Below are positions 1 to 18,000 of a stretch of 64,000 nucleotides of DNA, one piece after another; positions within the stretch are counted from its first letter, which is position 1, and every line of letters starts with the position of its first letter. The notes beneath the pieces were generated by a model. It saw only the letters and a list, made by a program, of their open reading frames with translations. It searched no databases and was not told the DNA's origin. This DNA comes from Eledone cirrhosa (lineage: Eukaryota): assembly GCA_964016885.1 (NCBI GenBank), contig OZ024747.1, forward strand, positions 33,418,001-33,482,000, in the 5' to 3' direction. Position numbers and translations under genes: made by a program.

Positions 1-3000
1 AACCATAACAGAAATAACACTAACAACGTTAACAACAATACATGTAACAAACATAACAGAAATAACACTCACAACGTTAAGAACAATACATGTAACAACC
101 ATAACAGAAATAACACTAGCAACGTTAACAACAATACATGTAACAACCATAACATAAATAACACTAACAACGTTAACAACAATACATGTAATAACCATAA
201 CAGAGATAACACTAGTGACGTTAACAACAATATATGTAACAACTATAAGAGAAATAACACTAACAACGTTAACAACAATACATGTAACAACCATAACAGA
301 AATAACACTAGTAACGTTAAAAACAATACATTTAACAACCATAACAGAAATAACACTAGCAACGCAAACAACAATACATGTAACAACCATAACAGAAATA
401 ACGCTAGCAACGTTAACAACAATACATGTAACAACCATAACAGAAATAACACTAGCAACGTTAACTACAATACATGTAACAACTATAACAGAAATAACAC
501 TTGTAACGTTAGCAACGATACATGTCACAACCATAACAGAAATAACACGAGTAACGTTAACAACAATACATGTAACAACCATAACAGAAATAACATTAGC
601 AACGTTAACAACAATACATGTAACAACCATAACATAAATAACACTAACAACGTTAACAACAATACATGTAACAACCATAACAGAAATATCACTAACAACG
701 TTAACAACAATACATGTAACAACTATAACAGAAATAACACTAACAACGATAACAACAATACATGTAACAACCATAACAGAAATAACACTAACAACGTTAA
801 CAACAATACATGCAACAACCATAACAGAAATAACATTAACTACGTTAACAACAATACATGTAACAACCATGACAGAAATAACACTAACAACGTTAACAAC
901 AATACATGTAACAACCATAACAGAAATAACACTAACAACGTTAACAACAATACATGCAACAGCCATAACAGAAATAACACTAACAAGGTTAACAACAATA
1001 CATGTAACAACTTTAACAGAAATAACACTAACAACGTTAACAACAACCAAAACAGAAATAACACTCACAACGGTAACAACAATACATGTAACAACCATAA
1101 CAGAAATATCACTAACAACGTTAACAACAATACATGTAACAGCCATAACAGAAATAACACTAACAACGTTAACAACAATACATGTAACAACTTTAACAGA
1201 AATAACACTAACAACGTTAACAACAAGCATAACAGAAATAACACTCACAACGGTAACAACAATACATGTAACAACCATAACAGAAATATCACTAACAACG
1301 TTAACAACAATACATGTAATAACCATAACAGAGATAACACTAGTGACGTTAACAACAATATATGTAACAACTATAAGAGAAATAACACTAACAACGTTAA
1401 CAACAATACATGTAACAACCATAACAGAAATAACACTAGTAACGTTAACAACAATACATGTAACAACCATAACAGAAATAACACTAGTAACGTTAAAAAC
1501 AATACATTTAACAACCATAACAGAAATAACACTAGCAACGTTAACAACAATACATGTAACAACCATAACAGAAATAATGCTAGCAACGTTAACAACAATA
1601 CATGTAACAACCATAACAGAAATAACACTAGCAACGTTAACTACAATACATGTAACAACTATAACAGAAATAACACTAGTAACGTTAGCAACGATACATG
1701 TCACAACCATAACAGAAATAACACGAGTAACGTTAACAACAACAATACATGTAACAACCATAACAGAAATAACATTAGCAACGTTAACAACAATACATGT
1801 AACAACCATAACATAAATAACACTAACAACGTTAACAACAATACATGTAACAACCATAACAGAAATATCACTAACAACGTTAACAACAATACATGTAACA
1901 ACTATAACAGAAATAACACTAACAACGATAACAACAATACATGTAACAACCATAACAGAAATAACACTAACAACGTTAACAACAATACATGCAACAACCA
2001 TAACAGAAATAACATTAACTACGTTAACAACAATACATGTAACAACCATAACAGAAATAACACTAACAACGTTAACAACAATACATGTAACAACCATAAC
2101 AGAAATAACACTAACAACGTTAACAACAATACATGCAACAGCCATAACAGAAATAACACTAACAAGGTTAACAACAATACATGTAACAACTTTAACAGAA
2201 ATAACACTAACAACGTTAACAACATCCAAAACAGAAATAACACTCACAACGGTAACAACAATACATGTAACAACCATAACAGAAATATCACTAACAACGT
2301 TAACAACAATACATGTAACAGCCATAACAGAAATAACATTAGCAACGTTAACAACAATACATGTAACAACCATAACATAAATAACACTAACAACGTTAAC
2401 AACAATACATGTAACAACCATAACATAAATAACACTAACAACGTTAACAACAATACATGTAACAACCATAACAGAAATAACACTAACAACGTTAACAACA
2501 ATACATGTAACAACGATAACAGAAATAACACTAACTACGTTAACAACAATACATGTAACGACCATAACAGAAATAACACTAACAACGTTAACAACAATAC
2601 ATGTAACAACCATAACAGAAATAACACTAGCAACGTTAACAACAATACATGAAACAACCATAACAGAAATAACACTAGTAACATTAGCAACAATACATGT
2701 CACAACCATAACAGCAATAACACTAACAACGTTAACAACAACTATAACAGAAATAACACTCACAACGGTAACAACAATACATGTAACAACCATAACAGAA
2801 ATAACGGTAGCAACGTTAACAACAATACATGTAACAACCATAACAGAAATAACACTAGTAACGTTAACAACAATACATGTAAGAACCATAACAGAAATAA
2901 CACTAACAACGTTAACAATAATACATGTAACAGCCATAACAGAAATAACTCTAACAACGTTAACAACAATACATGTAACAACCATAACCGAAATAACACT

Positions 3001-6000
3001 AACAACGTTAACAACAACCATAACAGAAATAACACTCACAACGGTAACAACAATACATGTAACAACCATAACAGAAATAACACTTGTAACGTTAACAACA
3101 ATACATGTAACAACCATAACAGAAATAACACTAACAACGTTAACAACAATACATGTAACAACAATAACAGAAATAACACTAGTAACGTAAACAACAATAC
3201 ATTTAACAACCATAACAGAAATAACACTAACTACGTTAACAACAATACATGTAACGACCATAACAGAAATAACACTAACAAGGTTAACAAAAATATATGT
3301 AACAACCATAACAGAAATAACACTAACAACGTTAACAACAATACATGTAACAACCATAACAGAAATAACTCTAACAAAGTTAACAACAATACATGTAACA
3401 ACCATAACCGAAATAACACTAAAAACGTTAACAACAACCATAACAGAAATAACACTCACAACGGTAACAACAATACATGTAACAACCATAACAGAAATAA
3501 CACTAACTACGTTAACAACAATACATGTAACGACCATAACAGAAATAACACTAACAACGTTAACAACAATATATGTAACAACCATAACAGAAATAACACT
3601 AACAACGTTAACAACAATACATGTAACAACCATAACAGAATAACACTAGCAACGTTAACAACAATACAAGTAACAACCATAACAGAAATAACACTAGCAA
3701 CGTTAACAACAATACATGTAACAACCATAACAGAAATAACACTAGTAACATTAGCAACAATACATGTAACAACCTTAATAAAAATAACACTAGCAACGTT
3801 AACAACAATACATGTAACAACCATAACAGAAATAACACTAGCAACGTTAACAACAATACATGTAACAACCATAACAGAAATAACATGGGCAACGTTAACA
3901 ACAATACATGTAACAACCATAACAGAAATAACACTAGTAACGTTAACAACAATACATGTAACAACGATAACAGAATTAACACTAGTAACGTTAGCATCAG
4001 TACATGTCACGACCATAACAGAAATAACACTAACAACGTTAACAACAATACATGTAACAACCATAACAGAAATAATACTAACACCGTTAACAACAACTAT
4101 AACAGAACTAACACTCACAACGGTAACACCAACACGTGTAACAACCATAACAGAAATAACACTAGTAACGTTAACAACAATACATGTAACAACTATAACA
4201 GAAATAACACTAACAACGTTAACAACAATACATGTAACAACAATAACAGAAATAACACTAGTAACGTTAACAACAATAAATGTAACAACCATAACAGAAA
4301 TAACACGAGTAACGTTAACAACAATACATGTAACAACTATAACAGAAATAACACTAGTAACGTTAGCAACGATACATGTCACAACCATAACAGAAATAAC
4401 ACGAGTAACGTTAACAACAATACATGTAACAACCATAACAGAAATAACATTAGCAACGTTAACAACAATACATGTAACAACCATAACATAAATAACACTA
4501 ACAACGTTAACAACAATACATGTAACAACCATAACAGAAATATCACTAACAACGTTAACAACAATACATGTAACAACTATAACAGAAATAACACTAACAA
4601 CGATAACAACAATACATGTAACAACCATAACAGAAATAACACTAACAACGTTAACAACAATACATGCAACAACCATAACAGAAATAACATTACCTACGTT
4701 AACAACAATACATGTAACAACCATAACAGAAATAACACTAACAACGTTAACAACAATACATGTAACAACCATAACAGAAATAACACTAACGACGTTAACA
4801 ACAATACATATAACAACCATAACAGAAATAACACTAACAACGTTAACAACAACTTTAACAGAAATAACACTTACAACGGTAACAACAATACATGTAACAA
4901 CAATAACAGAAATAACACTAGTAACGTTAACAACAATACGTGTAACAACCATAACAGAAATAACACTAACAACGTTAACAACAATACATGTAACAACCAT
5001 AACAGAAATAACACTAACAACGTTAACAACAATACATGTAACAACCATAACAGAAATAACACTAACAACGTTAACAACAATACATGTAACAACCATAACA
5101 GAAATAACATAACAACGTTAACAACAACACATGTAACAACCATAACAGAAATAACACTAACAACGTTAACAACAATACATGTAACAGCCATAACAGAAAT
5201 AACACTAACAACGTTAACAACAATACATGTAACAACCATAACAGAAATAACACTAGTAACGTTAACAACAACACATGTAACAACAATAACAGAAATAACA
5301 CTAGTAACGTTAACAACAATACATGTAACAACCATAACAGAAATAACACTAACGACGTTAACAACAATACATATAACAACCATAACAGAAATAACACTAA
5401 CAACGTTAACAACAACCATAACAGAAATAACACTAACAACGTTAACAACAACCATAACAGAAATAACACTAACAACGTTAACAACAATACATGTAACAAA
5501 CATAACAGAAATAACACTCACAACGTTAAGAACAATACATGTAAAACCATAACAGAAATAACACTAGCAACGTTAACAACAATACATGTAACAACCATAA
5601 CATAAATAACACTAACAACGTTAACAACAATACATGTAATAACCATAACAGAGATAACACTAGTGACGTTAACAACAATATATGTAACAACTATAAGAGA
5701 AATAACACTAACAACGTTAACAACAATACATGTAACAACCATAACAGAAATAACACTAGTAACGTTAAAAACAATACATTTAACAACCATAACAGAAATA
5801 ACACTAGCAACGTTAACAACAATACATGTAACAACCATAACAGAAATAACGCTAGCAACGTTAACAACAATACATGTAACAACCATAACAGAAATAACAC
5901 TAGCAACGTTAACTACAATACATGTAACAACTATAACAGAAATAACACTAGTAACGTTAGCAACGATACATGTCACAACCATAACAGAAATAACACGAGT

Positions 6001-9000
6001 AACGTTAACAACAATACATGTAACAACCATAACAGAAATAACATTAGCAACGTTAACAACAATACATGTAACAACCATAACATAAATAACACTAACAACG
6101 TTAACAACAATACATGTAACAACCATAACAGAAATATCACTAACAACGTTAACAACAATACATGTAACAACTATAACAGAAATAACACTAACAACGATAA
6201 CAACAATACATGTAACAACCATAACAGAAATAACACTAACAACGTTAACAACAATACATGCAACAACCATAACAGAAATAACATTAACTACGTTAACAAC
6301 AATACATGTAACAACCATAACAGAAATAACACTAACAACGTTAACAACAATACATGTAACAACCATAACAGAAATAACACTAACAACGTTAACAACAATA
6401 CATGCAACAGCCATAACAGAAATAACACTAACAAGGTTAACAACAATACATGTAACAACTTTAACAGAAATAACACTAACAACGTTAACAACAACCAAAA
6501 CAGAAATAACACTCACAACGGTAACAACAATACATGTAACAACCATAACAGAAATATCACTAACAACGTTAACAACAATACATGTAACAGCCATAACAGA
6601 AATAACACTAACAACGTTAACAACAATACATGTAACAACTTTAACAGAAATAACACTAACAACGTTAACAACAAGCATAACAGAAATAACACTCACAACG
6701 GTAACAACAATACATGTAACAACCATAACAGAAATATCACTAACAACGTTAACAACAATACATGTAACAGCCATAACAGAAATAACACTAACAACGTTAA
6801 CAACAATACATGTAACAACTTTAACAGAAAAAACACTAACAACGTTAACAACAACAATAACAGAAATAACACTCACAACGGTAACAACAATACATGTAAC
6901 AACCATAACAGAAATAACACTAGTAACGTTAACAACAATACATGTAACAACCATAACAGAAATAACACTAACAACGTTAACAACAATACATGTAACAACA
7001 ATAACAGAAATAACACTAGTAACGTTAACAACAATACATGTAACAACCATAACAGAAATAACACTAACGACGTTAACAACAATACATGTCACAACCATAA
7101 CAGAAATAACACTAGTAACGTTAGCAACACTACATGTCACAACCATAACAGCAATAACACTAACAACGTTAACAACAACTATAACAGAAATAACACTAGC
7201 AACGTTAACAATAATACATGTAACAACCATAACATAAATAACACTAACAACGTTAACAACAATACATGTAACAACCATAACAGAGATAACACTAGTGACG
7301 TTAACAACAATATATGTAACAACTATAAGAGAAATAACAATAACAACGTTAACAACAATACATGTAACAACCATAACAGAAATAACACTAGTAACGTTAA
7401 AAACAATACATTTAACAACCATAACAGAAATAACACTAGCAATGTTAACAACAATACATGTAACGACCATAACAGAAATAACGCTAGCAACGTTAACAAC
7501 AATACATGTAACAACCATAACAGAAATAACACTAGCAACGTTAACTACAATACATGTAACAACTATAATAGAAATAACACTAGTAACGTTAGCAACGATA
7601 CATGTCACAACCATAACAGAAATAACACGAGTAACGTTAACAACAATACATGTAACAACCATAACAGAAATAACATTAGCAACGTTAACAACAATACATG
7701 TAACAACCATAACAGAAATAACACTAACAACGTTAACAACAATACATGTAACAACCATAACAGAAATATCACTAACAACGTTAACAACAATACATGTAAC
7801 AACTATAACAGAAATAACACTAACAACGATAACAACAATACATGTAACAACCATAACAGAAATAACACTAACAACGTTAACAACAATACATACAACAACC
7901 ATAACAGAAATAACATTAACTACGTTAACAACAATACATGTAACAACCATAACAGAAATAACACTAACAACATTAACAACAATACATGTAACAACCATAA
8001 CAGAAATAACATTAACAACATTAACAACAATACATGTAACAACCATAACAGAAATAACACTAACAACGTTAACAACAATACATGTAACAACCATAACATA
8101 AATAACACTAACAACGTTAACAACAATACATGCAACAGGCATAAGAGAAATAACACTAACAACGTTAACAACAATACATGTAACAACTTTAACAGAAATA
8201 ACACTAACAACGTTAACAACAACCAAAACAGAAATAACACTCACAACGGTAACAACAATACATGTAACAACCATATCAGAAATATCACTAACAACGTTAA
8301 CAACAATACATGTAACAGCCATAACAGAAATAACACTAACAACGTTAACAACAATACATGTAACAACTTTAACAGAAATAACACTAACAACGTTAACAAC
8401 AACCATAACAGAAATAACACTCACAACGGTAACAACAATACATGTAACAACCATAACAGAAATAACACTAGTAACGTTAACAACAATACATGTAACAACC
8501 ATAACAGAAATAACACTAACAACGTTAAAACAATACATGTAACAACCATAACAGAAATAACACTAGCAACGTTAACAACAATACATGTAACAACCATAAC
8601 AGAAATAACACTAACAACGTTAACAACAATACATGTAACAACCATAACATAAATAACACTAACAACGTTAACAACAATACATGTAACAACCATAACAGAA
8701 ATAACACTAACAACGTTAACAAAAATACATGTAACAACCATAACAAAAATAACACTAGTAACGTTAGCAACAATACATGTAACAACCATAACAGAAATAA
8801 CACTAACAACGTTAACAACAATACATGTAACAACCATAACAGAAATAACACTAACAACGTTAACAACAATACATGTAACAACAATAACAGAAGTAACACT
8901 AGTAACGTTAACAACAATACATGTAACAACCATAACAGAAATAACACTAACAACGTTAACAACAATACATGTAACAACCATAACATAAATAACACTAACA

Positions 9001-12000
9001 ACGTTAACAACAATACATGTAACAACCATAACAGAAATAACACTAACAACGTTAACAAAAATACATGTAACAACCATAACAAAAATAACACTAGTAACGT
9101 TAGCAACAATACATGTAACAACCATAACAGAAATAACACTAACAACGTTAACAACAATACATGTAACAACCATAACAGAAATAACACTAACAACGTTAAC
9201 AACAATACATGTAACAACAATAACAGAAGTAACACTAGTAACGTTAACAACAATACATGTAACAACCATAACAGAAATAACACTGGCAACGTTAACAACA
9301 ATACATGTAACAACGATAACAGAAATAACACTAGCAACGTTAACTACAATACATGTAACAACTATAACAGAAATAACACTAGTAATGTTAGCAACGATAC
9401 ATGTCACAACCATAACAGAAATAACACGAGTAACGTTACCAACAATACATGTAACAACCATAACATAAATAACATTAGCAACGTTAACAACAACCAAAAC
9501 AGAAATAACACTCACAACGGTAACAACAATACATGTAACAACCATATCAGAAATATCACTAACAACGTTAACAACAATACATGTAACAGCCATAACAGAA
9601 ATAACACTAACAACGTTAACAACAATACATGTAACAACTTTAACAGAAATAACACTAACAACGTTAACAACAACCATAACAGAAATAACACTCACAACGG
9701 TAACAACAATACATGTAACAACCATAACAGAAATAACACTAGTAACGTTAACAACAATACATGTAACAACCATAACAGAAATAACACTAACAACGTTAAA
9801 ACAATACATGTAACAACCATAACAGAAATAACACTAGCAACGTTAACAACAATACATGTAACAACCATAACAGAAATAACACTAACAACGTTAACAACAA
9901 TACATGTAACAACCATAACATAAATAACACTAACAACGTTAACAACAATACATGTAACAACCATAACAGAAATAACACTAACAACGTTAACAAAAATACA
10001 TGTAACAACCATAACAAAAATAACACTAGTAACGTTAGCAACAATACATGTAACAACCATAACAGAAATAACACTAACAACGTTAACAACAATACATGTA
10101 ACAACCATAACAGAAATAACACTAACAACGTTAACAACAATACATGTAACAACAATAACAGAAGTAACACTAGTAACGTTAACAACAATACATGTAACAA
10201 CCATAACAGAAATAACACTAACAACGTTAACAACAATACATGTAACAACCATAACATAAATAACACTAACAACGTTAACAACAATACATGTAACAACCAT
10301 AACAGAAATAACACTAACAACGTTAACAAAAATACATGTAACAACCATAACAAAAATAACACTAGTAACGTTAGCAACAATACATGTAACAACCATAACA
10401 GAAATAACACTAACAACGTTAACAACAATACATGTAACAACCATAACAGAAATAACACTAACAACGTTAACAACAATACATGTAACAACAATAACAGAAG
10501 TAACACTAGTAACGTTAACAACAATACATGTAACAACCATAACAGAAATAACACTGGCAACGTTAACAACAATACATGTAACAACGATAACAGAAATAAC
10601 ACTAGCAACGTTAACTACAATACATGTAACAACTATAACAGAAATAACACTAGTAATGTTAGCAACGATACATGTCACAACCATAACAGAAATAACACGA
10701 GTAACGTTACCAACAATACATGTAACAACCATAACAGAAATAACATTAGCAACGTTAACAACAATACATGTAACAACCATAACAGAAATAACACTAACAA
10801 CGTTAACAACAATACATGTAACAACCATTACAGAAATATCACTAACAACGTTAACAACAATACATGTAACAACTATAACAGAAATAACACTAACAACGAT
10901 AACAACAATACATGTAACAACCATAACAGAAATAACACTAACAACGTTAACAACAATTCATGCAACAACCATAACAGAAATAACATTAACTACGTTAACA
11001 ACAATACATGTAACAACCATAACAGAAATAACACTAACAACGTTAACAACAATACATGTAACAACCATAACAGAAATAACACTAACAACGTTAACAACAA
11101 TACATGCAACAGCCATAACAGAAATAACTCTAACAACGTTAACAACAATACATGTAACAACTTTAACAGAAATAACACTAACAACGTTAACAACAACCAT
11201 AACAGAAATAACACTCACAACGGTAACAACAATACATGTAACAACCATAACAGAAATATCACTAACAACGTTAACAACAATACATGTAACAGCCATAACA
11301 GAAATAACACTAAGAACGTTAACAACAATACATGTAACAACTTTAACAGAAATAACACTAACAACGTTAACAACAACCATAACAGAAATAACACTCACAA
11401 CGGTAACAGCAATACATGTAACAACCATAACAGAAATAACACTAGTAACGTTAACAACAATACATGTAACAACCATAACAGAAATAACACTAACAACGTT
11501 AACAACAATACATGTAACAACATTAACAGAAATAACACTAGTAACGTTAACAACAATACATGTAACAACCATAACAGAAATAACACTAACGACGTTAACA
11601 ACAATACATATAACAACCATAACAGAAATAACACTAACAACGTTAACAACAATACATGTAACAACCATAACAGAAATAACACTAACAACGTTAACAACAA
11701 TACATGTAACAACCATAACAGAATAACACTAACAACGTTAACAACAATACATGTAACAACCATAACAGAAATACCACTAACAACGTTAACAACAATACAT
11801 GTAACAACCATAACAGAAATAACACTAGTAACGTTAGCAACAATACATGTAACAACCATAACATAAATAACACTAGTAACGTTAGCAACAATACATGTAA
11901 CAACCATAACAGAAATAACACTAACAACGTTAACAACAATACATATAACAACCATAACAGAAATAACACTAACAACGTTAACAACAATACATGTAACAAC

Positions 12001-15000
12001 AATAACAGAAATAACACTTGTAACGTTAACAACAATACATGTAACAACCTTAACAGAAATAACACTAGTAACGTTAACAACAATACATGTAACAACCATA
12101 ACAGAAATAACTCTAACAACGTTAACAACAATACATGTAACAACAATAACAGAAGTAACACTAGTAACGTTAACAACAATACATGTAACAACCATAACAG
12201 AAATAACACTAACAACGTTAAAACAATACATGTAACAACCATAACAGAAATAACACTAACAACGTTAACAACAATACATGTAACAACCATAACAGAAATA
12301 ACACTAACAACGTTAACAACAATACATGTAACAACCGTAACATAAATAACACTAACAACGTTAACAACAATACATGTAACAACCATAACAGAAATAACAC
12401 TAACAACGTTAACAAAAATACATGTAACAACCATAACAAAAATAACACTAGTAACGTTAGCAACAATACATGTAACAACCATAACAGAAATAACACTAAC
12501 AACGTTAACAACAATACATGTAACAACAATAACAGAAGTAACACTAGTAACGTTAACAACAATACATGTAACAACCATAACAGAAATAACACTAACAACG
12601 TTAAAACAATACATGTAACAACCATAACAGAAATAACACTGGCAACGGTAACAACAATACATGTAACAACGATAACAGAAATAACACTAGCAACGTTAAC
12701 TGCAATACATGTAACAACTATAACAGAAATAACACTAGTAACGTTAGCAACGATACATGTCACAACCATAACAGAAATAACACGAGTAACGTTAACAACA
12801 ATACATGTAACAACCATAACAGAAATAACATTAGCAACGTTAACAACAATACATGTAACAACCATAACAGAAATAACACTAACAACGTTAACAACAATAC
12901 ATGTAACAGCCATAACAGAAATATCACTAACAACGTTAACAACAATACATGTAACAACTATAACAGTAATAACACTAACAACGATAACAACAATACATGT
13001 AACAACCATAACAGAAATAACACTAACAACGTTAACAACAATACATGCAACAACCATAACAGAAATAACATTAACTACGTTAACAACAATACATGTAACA
13101 ACCATAACAGAAATAACACTAACAACGTTAACAACAATACATTTAACAACCATAACAGAAATAACATTAACAACATTAACAACAATACATGTAACAACCA
13201 TAACAGAAATAACACTAACAACGTTAACAACAATACATGTAACAACCATAACAGAAATAACACTAACAACGTTAACAACAATACATGCAACAGCCATAAC
13301 AGAAATAACTCTAACAACGTTAACAACAATACATGTAACAACTTTAACAGAAATAACACTAACAACGTTAACAACAACCATAACAGAAATAACACTCACA
13401 ACGGTAACAACAATACATGTAACAAAAATAACAGAAATATCACTAACAACGTTAACAACAATACATGTAACAGCCATAACAGAAATAACACTAACAACGT
13501 TAACAACAATACATGTAACAACTTTAACAGAAATAACACTAACAACGTTAACAACAAGCATAACAGAAATAACACTCACAACGGTAACAACAATACATGT
13601 AACAACCATAACAGAAATATCACTAACAACGTTAACAACAATACATGTAACAGCCATAACAGAAATAACACTAACAACGTTAACAACAATACATGTAACA
13701 ACTTTAACAGAAATAACACTAACAACGTTAACAACAACCATAACAGAAATAACACTCACAACGGTAACAACAATACATGTAACAACCATAACAGAAATAA
13801 CACTAGTAACGTTAACAACAATACATGTAACAACCATAACAGAAATAACACTAACAACGTTAACAACAATACATGTAACAACAATAACAGAAATAACACT
13901 AGTAACGTTAAAAACAATACATGTAACAAACATAACAGAAATAACACTAACAACGTTAACAACAATACATGTAACAACCATAACATAAATAACACTAACA
14001 ACGTTAACAACAATACATGTAACAACCATAACAGAATAACACTAACAACCTTAACAACAATACATGTAACAACCATAACAGAAATAACACTAACAACGTT
14101 AACAACAATACATGTAACAACAATAACAGAAATAACATTAACAACGTTAACAACAATACATGTAACAACCATAACAGAAATAACACTAACAACGTTAACA
14201 ACAATACATGTAACAACCATAACAGAAATAACATTAACAACGTTAACAACAATACATGTAACAACCATAACAGAAATAACACTAACAACGTTAGCATCAA
14301 TACATGTAACAACCATAACAGAAATAACACTAACAACGTTAACAACAATACATGTAACAACCATAACAGAAATAACACTAACAACGTTAACAACAATACA
14401 TGTAACAACCATAACAGAAATAACACTGGCAACGTTAACAACAATACATGTAACAACCATAACAGAAATAACACTAGCAACGTTAACAACAATACATGTA
14501 ACAACGATAACAGAAATAACACTAACAACGTTAAAACAATACATGTAACAACCATAACAGAAATAACACTAGCAACGTTAACAACAATACATGTAACAAC
14601 CATAACAGAAATAACACTAACAACGTTAACAACAATACATGTAACAACCATAACATAAATAACACTAACAACGTTAACAACAATACATGTAACAACCATA
14701 ACATAAATAACACTAACAACGTTAACAAAAATACATGTAACAACCATAACAAAAATAACACTAGTAACGTTAGCAACAATACATGTAACAACCATAACAG
14801 AAATAACACTAACAACGTTAACAACAATACATGTAACAACCATAACAGAAATAACACTAACAACGTTAACAACAATACATGTAACAACAATAACAGAAGT
14901 AACACTAGTAACGTTAACAACAATACATGTAACAACCATAACAGAAATAACACTAACAACGTTAACAACAATACATGTAACAACCATAACAGAAATAACA

Positions 15001-18000
15001 CTAACAACGATAAAACAATACATGTAACAACCATAACAGAAATAACACTGGCAACGTTAACAACAATACATGTAACAACGATAACAGAAATAACACTAGT
15101 AACGTTAGCAACAATACATGTCACAACCATAACAGAAATGACACGAGTAACGTTAACAACAATAAATGTAACAACCATAACAGAAATAACACTAGCAACG
15201 TTAACAAAAATACATGTAACAACCATAACAGAAATAACTCTAGCGACGTTAACAACAATACATGTACCAAGTATAAAGAAATAACATTAACAACGTTAAC
15301 AACAATACATGTAACAATAATAACATAATTAACACTAGTAACTTTAACGACACACATAACAGAAATAGCACTAGAAACGTTAGCAACAATACATGTAACA
15401 ACAAAAACAGAAATAACGATAGCAATGTTAACAACAATACATGTAACAACCATAACAGAAATAACACTAACAACGTCAATAACAATACATGTAACAACCA
15501 TAACAGAAATAACACTAACAACGTTAACAACAACCATAACAGAAATAACACTAGTAACGTTAACAACAATACATGTATCAACCATAGCATAAATAACACT
15601 AACAACGTTAACAACAATACATGTAACAACCATAACAGAGATAACCCTATTGACGTTAACAACAATACATGTAACAACCATAAGAGAAATAACACTAACA
15701 ACGTTAAAAACAATACATGTAACAACCATAACAGAAATAACACTAGCAACGTTAACAACAATACATGTAACAACCATAACAGAAATAACACTAACAACGT
15801 TAACAACAATACATGTAACAACCATAACAGAAGTAACACTAACACCCTTAACAACAATACATGTAACAACCATAACAGAAATAACACTAGCAACGTTAAC
15901 AACAATACATGTAACAACCATAACAGAAATAACACTAACAACGTTAACAACAATACATGTAACAACGATAACAGAAATAACACTAACAACGTTAACAACA
16001 ATACATGTAACAACCATAACAGAAATAACACTAACAACGTTAACAACAATACATGTAACAACCATAACAGAAATAACACTAACAACGTTAACAACAATAT
16101 ATGTAACAACCATAACAGAAATAACACTAACAACCTTAACAACAATACATGTAACAACCATAACAGAAATAACACTAGCAACGTTAACAACAATACATGT
16201 AACAACCATAACAGAAATAACACTAGCAACGTTAACAACAATACATGTAACAACCATAACAGAAATAACACTAACAACGTTAACAACAATACATGTAACA
16301 ACCATAACAGAAATAACACTAACAACGTTAACAACAATACATGTAACAACCATAACAGAAATAACACTAACAACGTTAACAACAACACATGTAACAGCCA
16401 TAACAGAAATAACACTAACAACGTTAACAACAATACATGTAACAACCATAACAGAAATAACACTAACAACGTTAACAACAATAGATGTAACAACCATAAC
16501 AGAAATAACACTAACAACGTTAACAACAATACATGTAACAACCATAACAGAAATAACACTAACAACGTTAACAACAATACATGTAACAACCATAACAGAA
16601 TAACACTAACAACGTTAACAACAATACATGTAACAACCATAACAGAAATAACACTAACAACGTTAACAACAATACATGTAACAACCATAACAGAAATAAC
16701 GTTAACAACGTTAACAACAATACATGTAACAACCATAACAGAAATACCACTAACAACGTTAACAACAATACATGTAACAACCATAACAGAAATAACACTA
16801 GTAACGTTAGCAACAATACATGTAACAACCATAACATAAATAACACTAGTAACGTTAGCAACAATACATGTAACAACCATAACAGAAATAACACTAACAA
16901 CGTTAACAACAATACATATAACAACCATAACAGAAATAACACTAACAACGTTAACAACAATACATGTAACAACAATAACAGAAATAACACTTGTAACGTT
17001 AACAACAATACATGTAACAACCTTAACAGAAATAACACTAGTAACGTTAACAACAATACATGTAACAACCATAACAGAAATAACTCTAACAACGTTAACA
17101 ACAATACATGTAACAACAATAACAGAAGTAACACTAGTAACGTTAACAACAATACATGTAACAACCATAACAGAAATAACACTAACAACGTTAAAACAAT
17201 ACATGTAACAACCGTAACATAAATAACACTAACAACGTTAACAACAATACATGTAACAACCATAACAGAAATAACACTAACAACGTTAACAAAAATACAT
17301 GTAACAACCATAACAAAAATAACACTAGTAACGTTAGCAACAATACATGTAACAACCATAACAGAAATAACACTAACAACGTTAACAACAATACATGTAA
17401 CAACAATAACAGAAGTAACACTAGTAACGTTAACAACAATACATGTAACAACCATAACAGAAATAACACTAACAACGTTAAAACAATACATGTAACAACC
17501 ATAACAGAAATAACACTGGCAACGGTAACAACAATACATGTAACAACGATAACAGAAATAACACTAGCAACGTTAACTGCAATACATGTAACAACTATAA
17601 CAGAAATAACACTAGTAACGTTAGCAACGATACATGTCACAACCATAACAGAAATAACACGAGTAACGTTAACAACAATACATGTAACAACCATAACAGA
17701 AATAACATTAGCAACGTTAACAACAATACATGTAACAACCATAACAGAAATAACACTAACAACGTTAACAACAATACATGTAACAACCATAACAGAAATA
17801 TCACTAACAACGTTAACAACAATACATGTAACAACTATAACAGTAATAACACTAACAACGATAACAACAATACATGTAACAACCATAACAGAAATAACAC
17901 TAACAACGTTAACAACAATACATGCAACAACCATAACAGAAATAACATTAACTACGTTAACAACAATACATGTAACAACCATAACAGAAATAACACTAAC